Shown here: piece by piece, positions 1 to 8,277 of the stretch
Layout of the letters: the number at the start of each line of letters is the position of its first letter
Position numbering within the stretch: position 1 is the first letter of the stretch
Assembly: GCA_036012755.1 (NCBI GenBank)
Contig: DASCPX010000189.1
Location: forward strand, 68,374-132,373
Source of the DNA: Myxococcota bacterium
GTDB taxonomy: Bacteria; Myxococcota_A; UBA796; CAJQPC01
DNA: 64,000 bases
Direction: 5' to 3'
Notes under the pieces: model-generated
Told to the model about the DNA's origin: nothing
Databases searched by the model: none
The model's input: only the letters and a program-made list of their open reading frames with translations
Made by a program: the position numbers and the translations under genes

Positions 1-271
1 CCTCGAACACGATGAGCCATGCCCTGGCGCCGCCCCACTCCACGGGACAGCTTCGTGTGCTGAGGATGCGGGGCTCTGGCCCCCCGACCTCGAGGTCGAT
101 GCCGTAGTCCGCGCCGAGATCGAGCGGGAGGGGCAGACCGGAGAGGGCTCCAGCCTCGACCTCGAGGAGCCGCTCCGAGTAGGGGTTGGCGTACTGGACG
201 CCGCCCTCGCACAGGACGGCCACCCCGAGAGGCAGGCGGTCGAGGATCTCCAGGTCGGCGCCTGCTGTCAT
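1..271 (-). CDS. PAS-domain sensor protein, N-terminal part (runs off window)
   Basis: Manual translation from ATG at 271: MTAGADLEILDRLPLGVAVLCEGGVQYANPYSERLL...VEWGGARAWLIVFE, a PAS-like pattern; open to the window edge. Confidence 0.6.
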   Translation of the reverse strand, partial: MTAGADLEILDRLPLGVAVLCEGGVQYANPYSERLLEVEAGALSGLPLPLDLGADYGIDLEVGGPEPRILSTRSCPVEWGGARAWLIVFE

Positions 272-335
272 CTTCGGCGGCACGCCAGATTGTCTCATGG
301 CAGGCAGCGCCGCCGGCTCTGTGCTACCCGAGCGC

Positions 336-1190
336 ATGCGCCACGCCGACTACATCGAGGCTGTCGCCGGCTTGCCCGCTCCGGCGCATCTGCGCGCGAT
401 GATGGTCTGGCTCGCAGGTCAGGAGCAGCTGGCCATCGTCGAACCGCAGGCCCGGGCCGGGCTGCACCCACTGCTCGTCCCGCTCGCGCGCTCCGACGAG
501 GGCACGATGGCCTTGTTGAGGTGGCCGACCCCACCGAAGGGCCTGCCGATGCCGCTCGTGCTCTGCGGCGAACACATCCGCCTGCTGTCGCTGTCAGTGG
601 ACCAGTGGCTCCACCGCCAGCTCGCCAGACGCGACGCCGCGGGGCTGTCCCTCGGTGGCCTCGGGCGGGTCTGCGAGGACCTCTACGTCCAGGGGATGCT
701 CGAGGCCTCCTCGCTCCCCCTGACGGCCTATGTGCTCCTGAAGGTGGGGGGGCAGCCGGATCTGTACGAGGAGCTCGCGGCGGCGCATCTCGACGGGGGC
801 GACGAGCTGGCTGCGCTCGTGACCGCCGACCGCGCGACCACCGCGATCGCCGGTTGGGGGCAGCCGCTGGTCTTCCGCATGCGGCTGCTGGCCCAGCTCG
901 GCCGTGAGGAGGCCGCGAAGGAGGCGGCAAAGGTCGCTCTCTTGGAGCCGGTCTGGACCTTCGGCGGTCCCTTCGCGCCGGTCGCGGAGATGGCGGGCTG
1001 GTCTCAGATCTCGAGCGCGCCCTATCGCCGACTCGTGGACGACGCGGAGCTGCCCTTGGACCGGGCGGCGCACCTCATGGACGCCCTCGCGGTGGAACAG
1101 GGTGACTGGGACGGAGCCCGCGAGGAGCTCGCCGGGTGCTATCGCCAGGCAGGCCTTGCAGAGCTCGCCGCCTTCGTCAGTTCAGCTTGA
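336..1190 (+). CDS. PAB-like protein (similar to plant PROTEIN IN CHLOROPLAST ATPASE BIOGENESIS)
   Basis: ORF 186..1190, start taken at ATG 336; blocks LHPLLVPLAR, ALLRWPTPP, YVLLKVG..PDLYE, GREEAAKEAAKVALLEPVWTFG, CYRQAGL match my recollection of plant PAB. Confidence 0.7.
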   Translation: MRHADYIEAVAGLPAPAHLRAMMVWLAGQEQLAIVEPQARAGLHPLLVPLARSDEGTMALLRWPTPPKGLPMPLVLCGEHIRLLSLSVDQWLHRQLARRDAAGLSLGGLGRVCEDLYVQGMLEASSLPLTAYVLLKVGGQPDLYEELAAAHLDGGDELAALVTADRATTAIAGWGQPLVFRMRLLAQLGREEAAKEAAKVALLEPVWTFGGPFAPVAEMAGWSQISSAPYRRLVDDAELPLDRAAHLMDALAVEQGDWDGAREELAGCYRQAGLAELAAFVSSA

Positions 1191-2148
1191 CCCGGGCCCG
1201 AACGGCGCGATGGTCTGCCTCTGGAAGTCGCAGGTAGCGGATTGCGCTGATGTCGACCTCACCAGCCAGGACCTGGTCGAGGCGGAAGAACGGGGCGTTG
1301 GGCCAGCCGCCACCGGCGGGCCACGTCGAGCCCCAGATACCGAACCAGCGGGTCTCGTCGACCAGGCCGGTGTCGGTGAGGCTGCGGTGTACGCGGCTGC
1401 CGGGCACGTAGTTCATGTCGCCCATCACCAGCACCGGATCCTGGTCGACACAGGGTCCCCAGTCGCCGGCGATGCGGCCTTCGTCCACGTGTTCGACGAC
1501 CTCTGAGACATACGGACTGATCCCTTCGCTGCAGGTCGGCAACGGCGGCGGCGCGTGCATGCCGACGATGCAGATCGCGGCCTCGACCCGGACCAGGGCG
1601 ATGGGCATGCCGCAGCCGGGCAGGTCGCCGAACTCCTCTGTGATCTCGCCCTGACAGAAGAGCTCCTTTCTGCAGAAGACCGCGGATCCGTGGGAGTCGC
1701 GCGGCAAGTCGCGATCGTAGTTGTCGGCCACCCGCTGCATGCCCGGCACGCGTTCGCCGCGCTTCTCCACGGTCACGACGACGTCGGCGTTCAGCTCGCC
1801 CAGGGCATCTTCCAGGGGTCTATCGGCCTCTGAGTAGGCCTGGACGTTGGCGACGACGACGAGCAGCGCTTCCTCGTCATCGGGACCCAGCGGCGGTACG
1901 CCGGCCGCCAACAACGCGAAGACGGCCCAGGCGACGTAGACCTTCCGGCGGTCTCTCCATGCCCAGTAGAGTGCCCACGGCACCCATGCCAGCACGAGCC
2001 AGCGGGGCAGGGTGAGCAGGACCGAGCGGGCCGCGGACCACCAGAGGGCGTCCTCGGAGAGCAGGGCGGCGATGCCTCCGGAGCAGAGCATCGCCAACAG
2101 CGGCAGCGAGAAGCCCGCCCAGAACTTGAGTCGGGCGAGGGACCTCAC
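1177..2148 (-). CDS. Endonuclease/exonuclease/phosphatase family membrane protein
   Basis: N-terminal TM helices; ANVQ, VMGDMN, STWP, RLDQVL, ADHRAV motifs. Confidence 0.85.
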   Translation of the reverse strand: MRSLARLKFWAGFSLPLLAMLCSGGIAALLSEDALWWSAARSVLLTLPRWLVLAWVPWALYWAWRDRRKVYVAWAVFALLAAGVPPLGPDDEEALLVVVANVQAYSEADRPLEDALGELNADVVVTVEKRGERVPGMQRVADNYDRDLPRDSHGSAVFCRKELFCQGEITEEFGDLPGCGMPIALVRVEAAICIVGMHAPPPLPTCSEGISPYVSEVVEHVDEGRIAGDWGPCVDQDPVLVMGDMNYVPGSRVHRSLTDTGLVDETRWFGIWGSTWPAGGGWPNAPFFRLDQVLAGEVDISAIRYLRLPEADHRAVRARVKLN

Positions 2149-2651
2149 TCTTGCCAGGCGGGCGGCATGGCGTCGTTGACGATGACCTTGCCGCCCTCGC
2201 TGCGGACCAGCCGGGCGACGGTGTCGGTGTCGCTGCCGAAGAGCAGCCGACTCACGAAGGGGCGATCAGCGCGGCAGAGGTAGACCACGTCGAAGTCCAC
2301 CGCGGCTTCTCCAGCCAGCTCGGCGTAGTCTCCCTGGATCTCCTCTGCGCTGAAGACGACGCCGTCGAGCGTGCTGGCGCCACGCTTCGCGCGCTCGAGG
2401 CGACGCATCGCGGTGGCGTGGTGCTGCTTCTCCAGCGACTCCAGGATGTGGTCCTGCGGGCTCATGCCGAGGAAGGCCCGGTCATCGACGCTCGACTTCA
2501 CGCGGGCGAGTTCCTCTGTCTCTCTGATGTAGAGGATGTGAAGGCCCGCGGAGCCGTCCACGCTCGCGATGCTGGCCGCTTCGGAGAGCGCGCCGTCCAG
2601 TGATGCCTTCGCGTAGCGTGTCGTCGACAGGATGAGGAGCACGCGCTTCAC
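2145..2651 (-). CDS. Universal stress protein (USP-like)
   Basis: GTG at 2651 overlaps upstream stop; KRVLLILS, LHILYI, SRLLFGSDTDTVAR. Confidence 0.75.
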   Translation of the reverse strand: MKRVLLILSTTRYAKASLDGALSEAASIASVDGSAGLHILYIRETEELARVKSSVDDRAFLGMSPQDHILESLEKQHHATAMRRLERAKRGASTLDGVVFSAEEIQGDYAELAGEAAVDFDVVYLCRADRPFVSRLLFGSDTDTVARLVRSEGGKVIVNDAMPPAWQE

Positions 2652-4051
2652 GTCAGCACCCCGAGTCCGAGGAGGGGCCAGGCGTACATCACGACGAGCA
2701 CCAGGACGCCGAGGGACACCAGGGACAGGACCGAGCCGACCACCACCGCACGACGAATCCCGACGTAGCCGGTACCGAAGACCATCGCCATCGCCGGGGT
2801 AGAGGTGGGCATCGAGAACGCCAGACCGCAGGCGACCGACATGAGGATGGTGACCGTCCGCCCGTCCAGGCCCAGGTGTGGGGAGATGGCGAGCACCGCC
2901 GGGAGAGCCAGGGCGATGACCGCGGCGTTGCTGACGAACTCGGTCATGAGCATGGCCAGACCGGCGATGACCAGGACGGCGACGAAGACCGGTGCCGAGC
3001 CCTGGGGCAGGACCGAGTCGACGACCCAGCCCATCGCGCCGCTCTTGTCGACCCCCGCGCCGATGGCGATGGCGCCGCCGTAGAGCAGCACGATGCCCCA
3101 GTTCACGTAGCGCTCGGCGATCTTCCACTGGAGCACGCCCAGGGCAAAGAGCGAGGCACCACCGAGCAGGGCGACGGTGCCCAGGCCGTAGGTGGGCCCA
3201 TAGATCACGAGGCACGGGATCACCAACGCGAGGACGAACAGGGTGCGGATCTCGAGCGAGGACACGGCGCCCATCTCCGCCACCTCGGCGTCCAGCTTTG
3301 CCACCGCCGGGGCCAGGGGGACGCCCTCCTCGGGGAAGGCCCGCCGCAGCCACAGGAAGACCAGCGGCAAGAGCGCCGTGCAGATGAGCGCGGTCGCGCT
3401 GCTGAACTCCAGGAAGCCGATCGGTGCCGCGTCCTGGTTGTTGTCTGCCATCCAGGTCGAGTAGGTGGAGAGCGCCAGCGAGGCCCTCGCCGACGAGAAC
3501 AGCGTCAGGTTCGAGCCCACGATCGTCCCCCACGCCATCGACAGCAAGAGTCGGCGAGCCAGCCGGGAGCGGGGTCCGAGGTCAAGCGCCTGGATCAGAC
3601 CCAGCACGATCGGCAGCATGAGCGCCGCCACCGCGTGGCTGACGACCACGGCGCACAGGCCCCAGCTCAGCAGCAGCACCGCCCCCGCCAACTGGTCCTC
3701 TGAGCGGGCCATCCGCCGCATGCACCAGAGTGCGAGGCGCTTCGAGAGCCCGGTTCTCAGCATCGCCGCCGCGACGAGGAAGACGCCCACCACGAAGAAC
3801 ACGGCCTGGTTTCCGAAGAGCGAGAAGGCCTCGGCGGGCTCGAGTACACCGAGCACGGGCAACAGGGCGAGCCCGACGAGCGCGGTCACCGGGAGCGCGA
3901 CCGGGGTGAGCAGCCACCAGACGACGCAGAGCGCGAGCACGGCGAGTCCCCGCTGGCCTTCGACCGTCAGGCCCTCTGGCGTGGGCGCGACCATGATGGC
4001 CGTAGCGAGTATCGGCCCCAGGAACAGGCCGATCCGGGCCGGCCACTTCAT
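2648..4051 (-). CDS. SLC13/DASS family anion permease
   Basis: Start MKWPARIG at 4051; many TM helices, VVSHAVAALMLP, TEFVSNAA, PTSTPAMA. Confidence 0.88.
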   Translation of the reverse strand: MKWPARIGLFLGPILATAIMVAPTPEGLTVEGQRGLAVLALCVVWWLLTPVALPVTALVGLALLPVLGVLEPAEAFSLFGNQAVFFVVGVFLVAAAMLRTGLSKRLALWCMRRMARSEDQLAGAVLLLSWGLCAVVVSHAVAALMLPIVLGLIQALDLGPRSRLARRLLLSMAWGTIVGSNLTLFSSARASLALSTYSTWMADNNQDAAPIGFLEFSSATALICTALLPLVFLWLRRAFPEEGVPLAPAVAKLDAEVAEMGAVSSLEIRTLFVLALVIPCLVIYGPTYGLGTVALLGGASLFALGVLQWKIAERYVNWGIVLLYGGAIAIGAGVDKSGAMGWVVDSVLPQGSAPVFVAVLVIAGLAMLMTEFVSNAAVIALALPAVLAISPHLGLDGRTVTILMSVACGLAFSMPTSTPAMAMVFGTGYVGIRRAVVVGSVLSLVSLGVLVLVVMYAWPLLGLGVLT

Positions 4052-4482
4052 TCGGGCAAGAGCCGGTGGGCCACGACGTTGTAGGCGGCGCGGACCTGGG
4101 CCAGCGGTCGAGGATCGCCGTCTTGGAAGAGGTCGACGTTGACCACACCGACGCGGTTCCCGAGCCGCACGACCTGGGCCCGCGCGACGAGATCCCGATC
4201 GGCCTTCGCCGGGCGGAGGTAGTCGATGCGCAGGTCCAGAGTCGCGCAGCTGTGTGCCGGAGGCAGGCGGGAGAAGACAGCGAGGCCTCCTGCGGCGTCT
4301 GCCATCGCGCTCATCACCCCGCCGTGGATGGCGGGCAGGAGGAAGTTGCCGATGTGCTCGGGACGCGCGGGGAGGCGGATCACGCAGGTCCCGTCCGCGA
4401 CGGCGTCGACCTTCATGCCTAGGGTCTTGTTGAAGGGGATGAGCTCTTCGAACAGCTCTGCCAGGCGCTCGCTCCGCTCCAC
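4048..4482 (-). CDS. PaaI-family hotdog thioesterase
   Basis: IHGGVMSAMADAAGG, TLDLRIDYLRPA; stop overlaps next ATG. Confidence 0.9.
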   Translation of the reverse strand: MERSERLAELFEELIPFNKTLGMKVDAVADGTCVIRLPARPEHIGNFLLPAIHGGVMSAMADAAGGLAVFSRLPPAHSCATLDLRIDYLRPAKADRDLVARAQVVRLGNRVGVVNVDLFQDGDPRPLAQVRAAYNVVAHRLLPE

Positions 4483-4559
4483 ATCGTCTCCGCGTCGGGA
4501 GTGTATTCTGGCTTTTGCGGAAGGCGACGATGTCCCGGTGGCGCACCAAGAGTGATCAG

Positions 4560-4754
4560 ATGGCTCCGGATGTGGCGGAGGCGATCGACGAGCAGCTCCT
4601 GGAGATCCGCGAACTCGCCGCGCGCCAGGGGTCGGATCCGCACCTCACCGGCATCCTGCTGGCTTGTTTCGGCCGCCTCGAGAAGACCGCACAGGACAAC
4701 GGGCTCCCGGACCTCGCCGAGGTCGCCGCGGCGCCCTGCCCCCGATCGTCGTGA
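4560..4754 (+). CDS. Small Hpt-like helical ORF, possibly the separated N-terminus of the downstream GGDEF gene
   Basis: MAPDVAEAIDEQLLEI...RLEKTAQDNGLPDLAEVA; stop overlaps GTG/ATG of next ORF. Confidence 0.45.
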   Translation: MAPDVAEAIDEQLLEIRELAARQGSDPHLTGILLACFGRLEKTAQDNGLPDLAEVAAAPCPRSS

Positions 4755-5929
4755 TGGCCGTGCCTGCGCACGGTGTCCGCATCCGCGAAGAGGCCGACTG
4801 CTGCGTGGAGCGCATCGCGGTCGTCAGCGACGTGAGTCAGCTCCGCGAGGCCGTGGCCACCCTCGAGCCCAGCCGCGTCCTGCTCCCCAGTGACGCGCTC
4901 CAGGAGGTCGAGGGCTTCGCGGACGACTATCGCCGAAGCGTCTGGCTGTACCAGCCAGGGGCCGCCATCGACACAGAGGCCCGGGGTGGAGCGTTGCGCA
5001 ATGGCGCGTCCGGCTTCGTGCCCTGGCCGCTCCAGCTCTGCACGGCACTGGCCCGGATGCGCGCCCCGATCGCCGGTGACTGCGACCTGCCCTTCCGGGC
5101 GCTGCTACTGGAGGGCGGTCGCGTCGACAAGGTCGCCGACGTCCTGGAAGGCGGCGACGTCGAGGTCTTCCGGGAGAAGAGCTACGACCGCGTGCTCGAT
5201 GCGCTGGAGCGCGAGGGGAGCGAGATCCTCGTCGTCGACCTCGACAAGCACGGTGGCCGGGGGTTGAACCTCGCGAAGGCGGTCGGAACACACGAGCGTC
5301 TACACCCCGTCGAGGTCGTCGGCATCTCCTCGAAGGGCGCGATGGCGGCTCACGCCAACCAGGCTGGCATCCGCCACTTCGTGCGCCTCCCCATCGCCGA
5401 CGCAGGGCTTCGCGGTCGAGCCCTCGCGGCCCTTCGCGAGGTCCGGTCGGCCTTCGACAACGGCGAGCGCGATCCGCGGACCGGGGCCTACAACCGGGCG
5501 GCCTTCCTGGACCGCGCGGACGAGTGCATCGCCCGCTGTCGGCGGACCGAAGAGCCGCTGGTCGCCGCCGTCGTCGACGTGGTCGGGACCACCGGGATCA
5601 ACGCGACCCACGGCCTCAGCGCTGGCGACCGGGTGCTGCGCCTGGCGGCCGAGGTGCTCGTCGAGGAGCTCCGGCGGACCGACCTGGTCGGGCGCATCGG
5701 CGGCGACGCTCTGGGTGTCCTCTTGCCAGGCTGCACCATGCAGAAGGCGTGGACCCTGATCCGGGACGCCCAGGAGAGCTTCACGGCCTGGTTCCGCCCG
5801 GGATCGCCCCTGGCCGACACGGAGTTCACCGTGGGTGTCGCCGACGCCGGCGACGGCACGGCCGGCCTGCTCTACCGGGCGGAGCAGGCGATGTTCGACG
5901 CCGAGCCCGGGGCCATCAAGGTGGGCTGA
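4751..5929 (+). CDS. Receiver-like domains plus degenerate GGDEF domain
   Basis: DPRTGAYNR, INATHGLSAGDRVL, RRTDLVGRIGGDAL; start uncertain. Confidence 0.8.
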   Translation: MMAVPAHGVRIREEADCCVERIAVVSDVSQLREAVATLEPSRVLLPSDALQEVEGFADDYRRSVWLYQPGAAIDTEARGGALRNGASGFVPWPLQLCTALARMRAPIAGDCDLPFRALLLEGGRVDKVADVLEGGDVEVFREKSYDRVLDALEREGSEILVVDLDKHGGRGLNLAKAVGTHERLHPVEVVGISSKGAMAAHANQAGIRHFVRLPIADAGLRGRALAALREVRSAFDNGERDPRTGAYNRAAFLDRADECIARCRRTEEPLVAAVVDVVGTTGINATHGLSAGDRVLRLAAEVLVEELRRTDLVGRIGGDALGVLLPGCTMQKAWTLIRDAQESFTAWFRPGSPLADTEFTVGVADAGDGTAGLLYRAEQAMFDAEPGAIKVG

Positions 5930-5981
5930 GCGTCAGTGCAGGGCGCTGATTCCGACGTTCTCCGGCACCACGATCTCCACC

Positions 5982-6119
5982 TCAGACCTCGATCACCGGC
6001 GACTGGCGCGGCGTGATCACGGTGACCTGGGGGGCAGGGGGTGGGACCTCGAGCACGGTCGGCGGCATGACGATCGTCGCGGGTTCCTGGGCGAAGGCGG
6101 CACAGACGAGAAGGAACAC
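5982..6119 (-). CDS. Small exported Pro/Val-rich protein (45 aa; possibly frameshifted, alternative end 5933)
   Basis: Manual translation MFLLVCAAFAQEPATIVMPPTVLEVPPPAPQVTVITPRQSPVIEV*; GGAG upstream. Confidence 0.5.
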   Translation of the reverse strand: MFLLVCAAFAQEPATIVMPPTVLEVPPPAPQVTVITPRQSPVIEV

Positions 6120-6147
6120 TTGGACTCCTGCAGCAAGGATCGGACCT

Positions 6148-6687
6148 TCAGGCCTTCTCCTTGTTCCTTTTTCGTGAGAGCCCGAACTGGACCAGCGTGC
6201 CCAGCGCGGCGATCCCGCCCACGACGAGCAGGTTGTCCTGCATGGCCAGTGCCCACGCGAGCGACAGGGCCCCGAGGCAGGCGGTCAGGGGCTTGAGCAG
6301 CGCTCGGAAGGCCCGTGGGAACAGGAAGACACCCACGAGCGCACCGACCAACGCCACCCACCATGGGGTCTCACCGGACATCACGAAGGGCCAGGCCGTG
6401 TAGACCGCGCCACCGCTGAGCACCGCGCCGAAGCTCGCCACGGCTGCTCGCTCGACGAAGCGACAGACCAGGGCACCGAAGACCGCGACGGCGACAGCGG
6501 CGATGGCCTTGATCGGATCGTTGACGCTGTCGGGCAGCGCCAGGCCGACCACGACCCCCAGGAGCAGCCCAGGTGCCATGACGGCGAGCTTGTAGAACCG
6601 AGCCCCCGCCAGGGCAAGCGTCGCGCCCACCAGGCCGGCGACGATTCGAAGGCCCAGGCCTGTCTCCAGATCGTTCATGAAGTCCAT
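6148..6687 (-). CDS. Membrane protein (DUF4203-like)
   Basis: About six TM segments, GATLALAGARFYK, GTLVQF plus basic tail. Confidence 0.65.
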   Translation of the reverse strand: MDFMNDLETGLGLRIVAGLVGATLALAGARFYKLAVMAPGLLLGVVVGLALPDSVNDPIKAIAAVAVAVFGALVCRFVERAAVASFGAVLSGGAVYTAWPFVMSGETPWWVALVGALVGVFLFPRAFRALLKPLTACLGALSLAWALAMQDNLLVVGGIAALGTLVQFGLSRKRNKEKA

Positions 6688-6729
6688 ACATCACGATACG
6701 GAGCGCGGTCTCCGATGATTCCGTCCGCT

Positions 6730-7104
6730 TCAGCGGATGACGGCACGCATTCCGTCGAGCTCGGCGGCGTGGACCTTCAAGGGCTCGACGATCTCTGCGC
6801 CGATCGCCACGATCCTGGCCCGGTCCCGCCCCTCCATCGCGCATCGGAGCAGGCCGAAGCGGAGCTCCAGCTCGACCGACTCCCGGGGTCCGACGAGCTC
6901 CCTCAGCGCCGGCTCCAGCTCCGGCTCGAAGCTGCCCTCGTAGACCATCTGCACCGTCTTGGCGGCCTCGGCGTCGTCTCCGGCGTCCCAGGCCACCAGC
7001 GCCTCGTCGATGCCGGCTTCGACGGTGAGCGCCCGGGCCTCCCACATGCCGGGGTGGTAGGTGGCGTCAGAGGCCATCACGGCGCAGCCGATGAACAGGA
7101 GCAT
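6730..7104 (-). CDS. Hypothetical exported protein/lipoprotein, helical (resembles soluble domains of FTR1-type iron permeases)
   Basis: MLLFIGC start; VYEGSFEPELEPALRE..ELELRFGLLR. Confidence 0.5.
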   Translation of the reverse strand: MLLFIGCAVMASDATYHPGMWEARALTVEAGIDEALVAWDAGDDAEAAKTVQMVYEGSFEPELEPALRELVGPRESVELELRFGLLRCAMEGRDRARIVAIGAEIVEPLKVHAAELDGMRAVIR

Positions 7105-7110
7105 TTGTTG

Positions 7111-7116
7111 AATCTA
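7111..7116 (-). promoter_or_regulatory. Putative -10 box TAGATT 6 nt before ATG 7104 (leaderless)
   Basis: Minus strand TAGATT-CAACAA-ATG, no SD. Confidence 0.55.
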
Positions 7117-7127
7117 CCAGATGAACA

Positions 7128-7820
7128 GTGCTCTTGACGAGTCAACTGATGTTGTTGGCGTGCACCAGGGCCCCGCCGTGTCCTGCGGACATGCTGCTCA
7201 TCGAGGGTGGCACCTTCGAGCTCGGCGAGGTCAGTCCCGGCAAAGGGCACGAGGGTCTCGTCATCACGAGACGCACCATGGTCATCGAGGACTACTGCAT
7301 CGCGACCCATCCCTTCCCCGGCGAGGGCCTCGACTGGCCATCTGACGGGTTGAGCCTGTCCCAGCTCCAGACGTGGGAGCCCCTCGTGAACGAGCGGGGC
7401 CGTCGGGCCTGCACCGTCGAGGAGCTCGTCCGGGCCGCGGCGGGTCCGATGAACCAGCCGCGCTCATCCACGCGCGAGGACTGCGAGTCCAAGGACCACC
7501 AGCCGGGACCAATCGGCAGTCACCCCGCTTGTCGGACCGCAGAGGGCCTCGTCGACTTTGGCGTGCGCAGCTCCTGGGCCCACCTCGCCAGCCTGGATGC
7601 GGAGTTCCCGCGCTACGAGCGCTGGGCCAGCTGGGGTCACACCTGGCGCGACGACACCTTCTACCCCACCACGAACTTCGCGATCCACAGCCACGATCCC
7701 GCCGAAACCAGCTACCTCGACGATGGCTGGCGAAGCTGCGCGAGTCCGCGCCGGGACAAGGGTCGCTGGGCCGAGTTCAGCCAGGCCTTCCCTGGCTCTT
7801 TTGCGGCCTTGCTCGACTAG
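7128..7820 (+). CDS. FGE-sulfatase/SUMF1-like domain lipoprotein
   Basis: CPADMLLIEGGTFELG, GRRACTVEELVRAA, GSHPACRTAEGLVD, GWRSCA. Confidence 0.75.
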   Translation: MLLTSQLMLLACTRAPPCPADMLLIEGGTFELGEVSPGKGHEGLVITRRTMVIEDYCIATHPFPGEGLDWPSDGLSLSQLQTWEPLVNERGRRACTVEELVRAAAGPMNQPRSSTREDCESKDHQPGPIGSHPACRTAEGLVDFGVRSSWAHLASLDAEFPRYERWASWGHTWRDDTFYPTTNFAIHSHDPAETSYLDDGWRSCASPRRDKGRWAEFSQAFPGSFAALLD

Positions 7821-8117
7821 GGCGCTTCAGGATCCGATGGGGGAGTCATGGCACTGTTCCGCCGCCTGCTGTCGTGGTTGTCCGCCCCCTTCCGGGACGA
7901 GCCGGTCCGCCGCAAGCGGATCGCCAGGCGGGCCGACGCCCCCGCTCCAGAAGCCGAGGCTCCAGCGGACCCCACGGCGCCGTGGGAGCGTGGTCGAGCC
8001 GCACCGTGCTTGCAGGCCCGCGCGGTGCGCCGCCACGTCATGGACGTGCTCCACCAGATGGAGGTAGAGAGGCCAGGACCTTCGACGACCGGGCGCTCCT
8101 GAGGCGGCTCCAAGGGG
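7811..8117 (+). repeat. Direct repeat copy 1 (307 bp)
   Basis: Matches 11681..11985 except two substitutions and an extra AG near 8069. Confidence 0.95.
7848..8102 (+). pseudogene. Truncated 5' duplicate of the HDOD gene
   Basis: Same MALFRRLLSWLSAPF N-terminus as 11718; frameshifted and cut off at repeat end. Confidence 0.85.
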
Positions 8118-8277
8118 GGCGCATCCGCCTCCCTCCGATCCGTCGGGGGGCGCGAGGCGACGCGCGGAGTCTGTCCGATGCAACCAGCCCCTAAGTATCG
8201 ACAGGATATAATTTCAACGTATGATACCTCCTGACACCGGAAACCGGAAACCGGCTATACACTCGTGAGGAGGGGAT

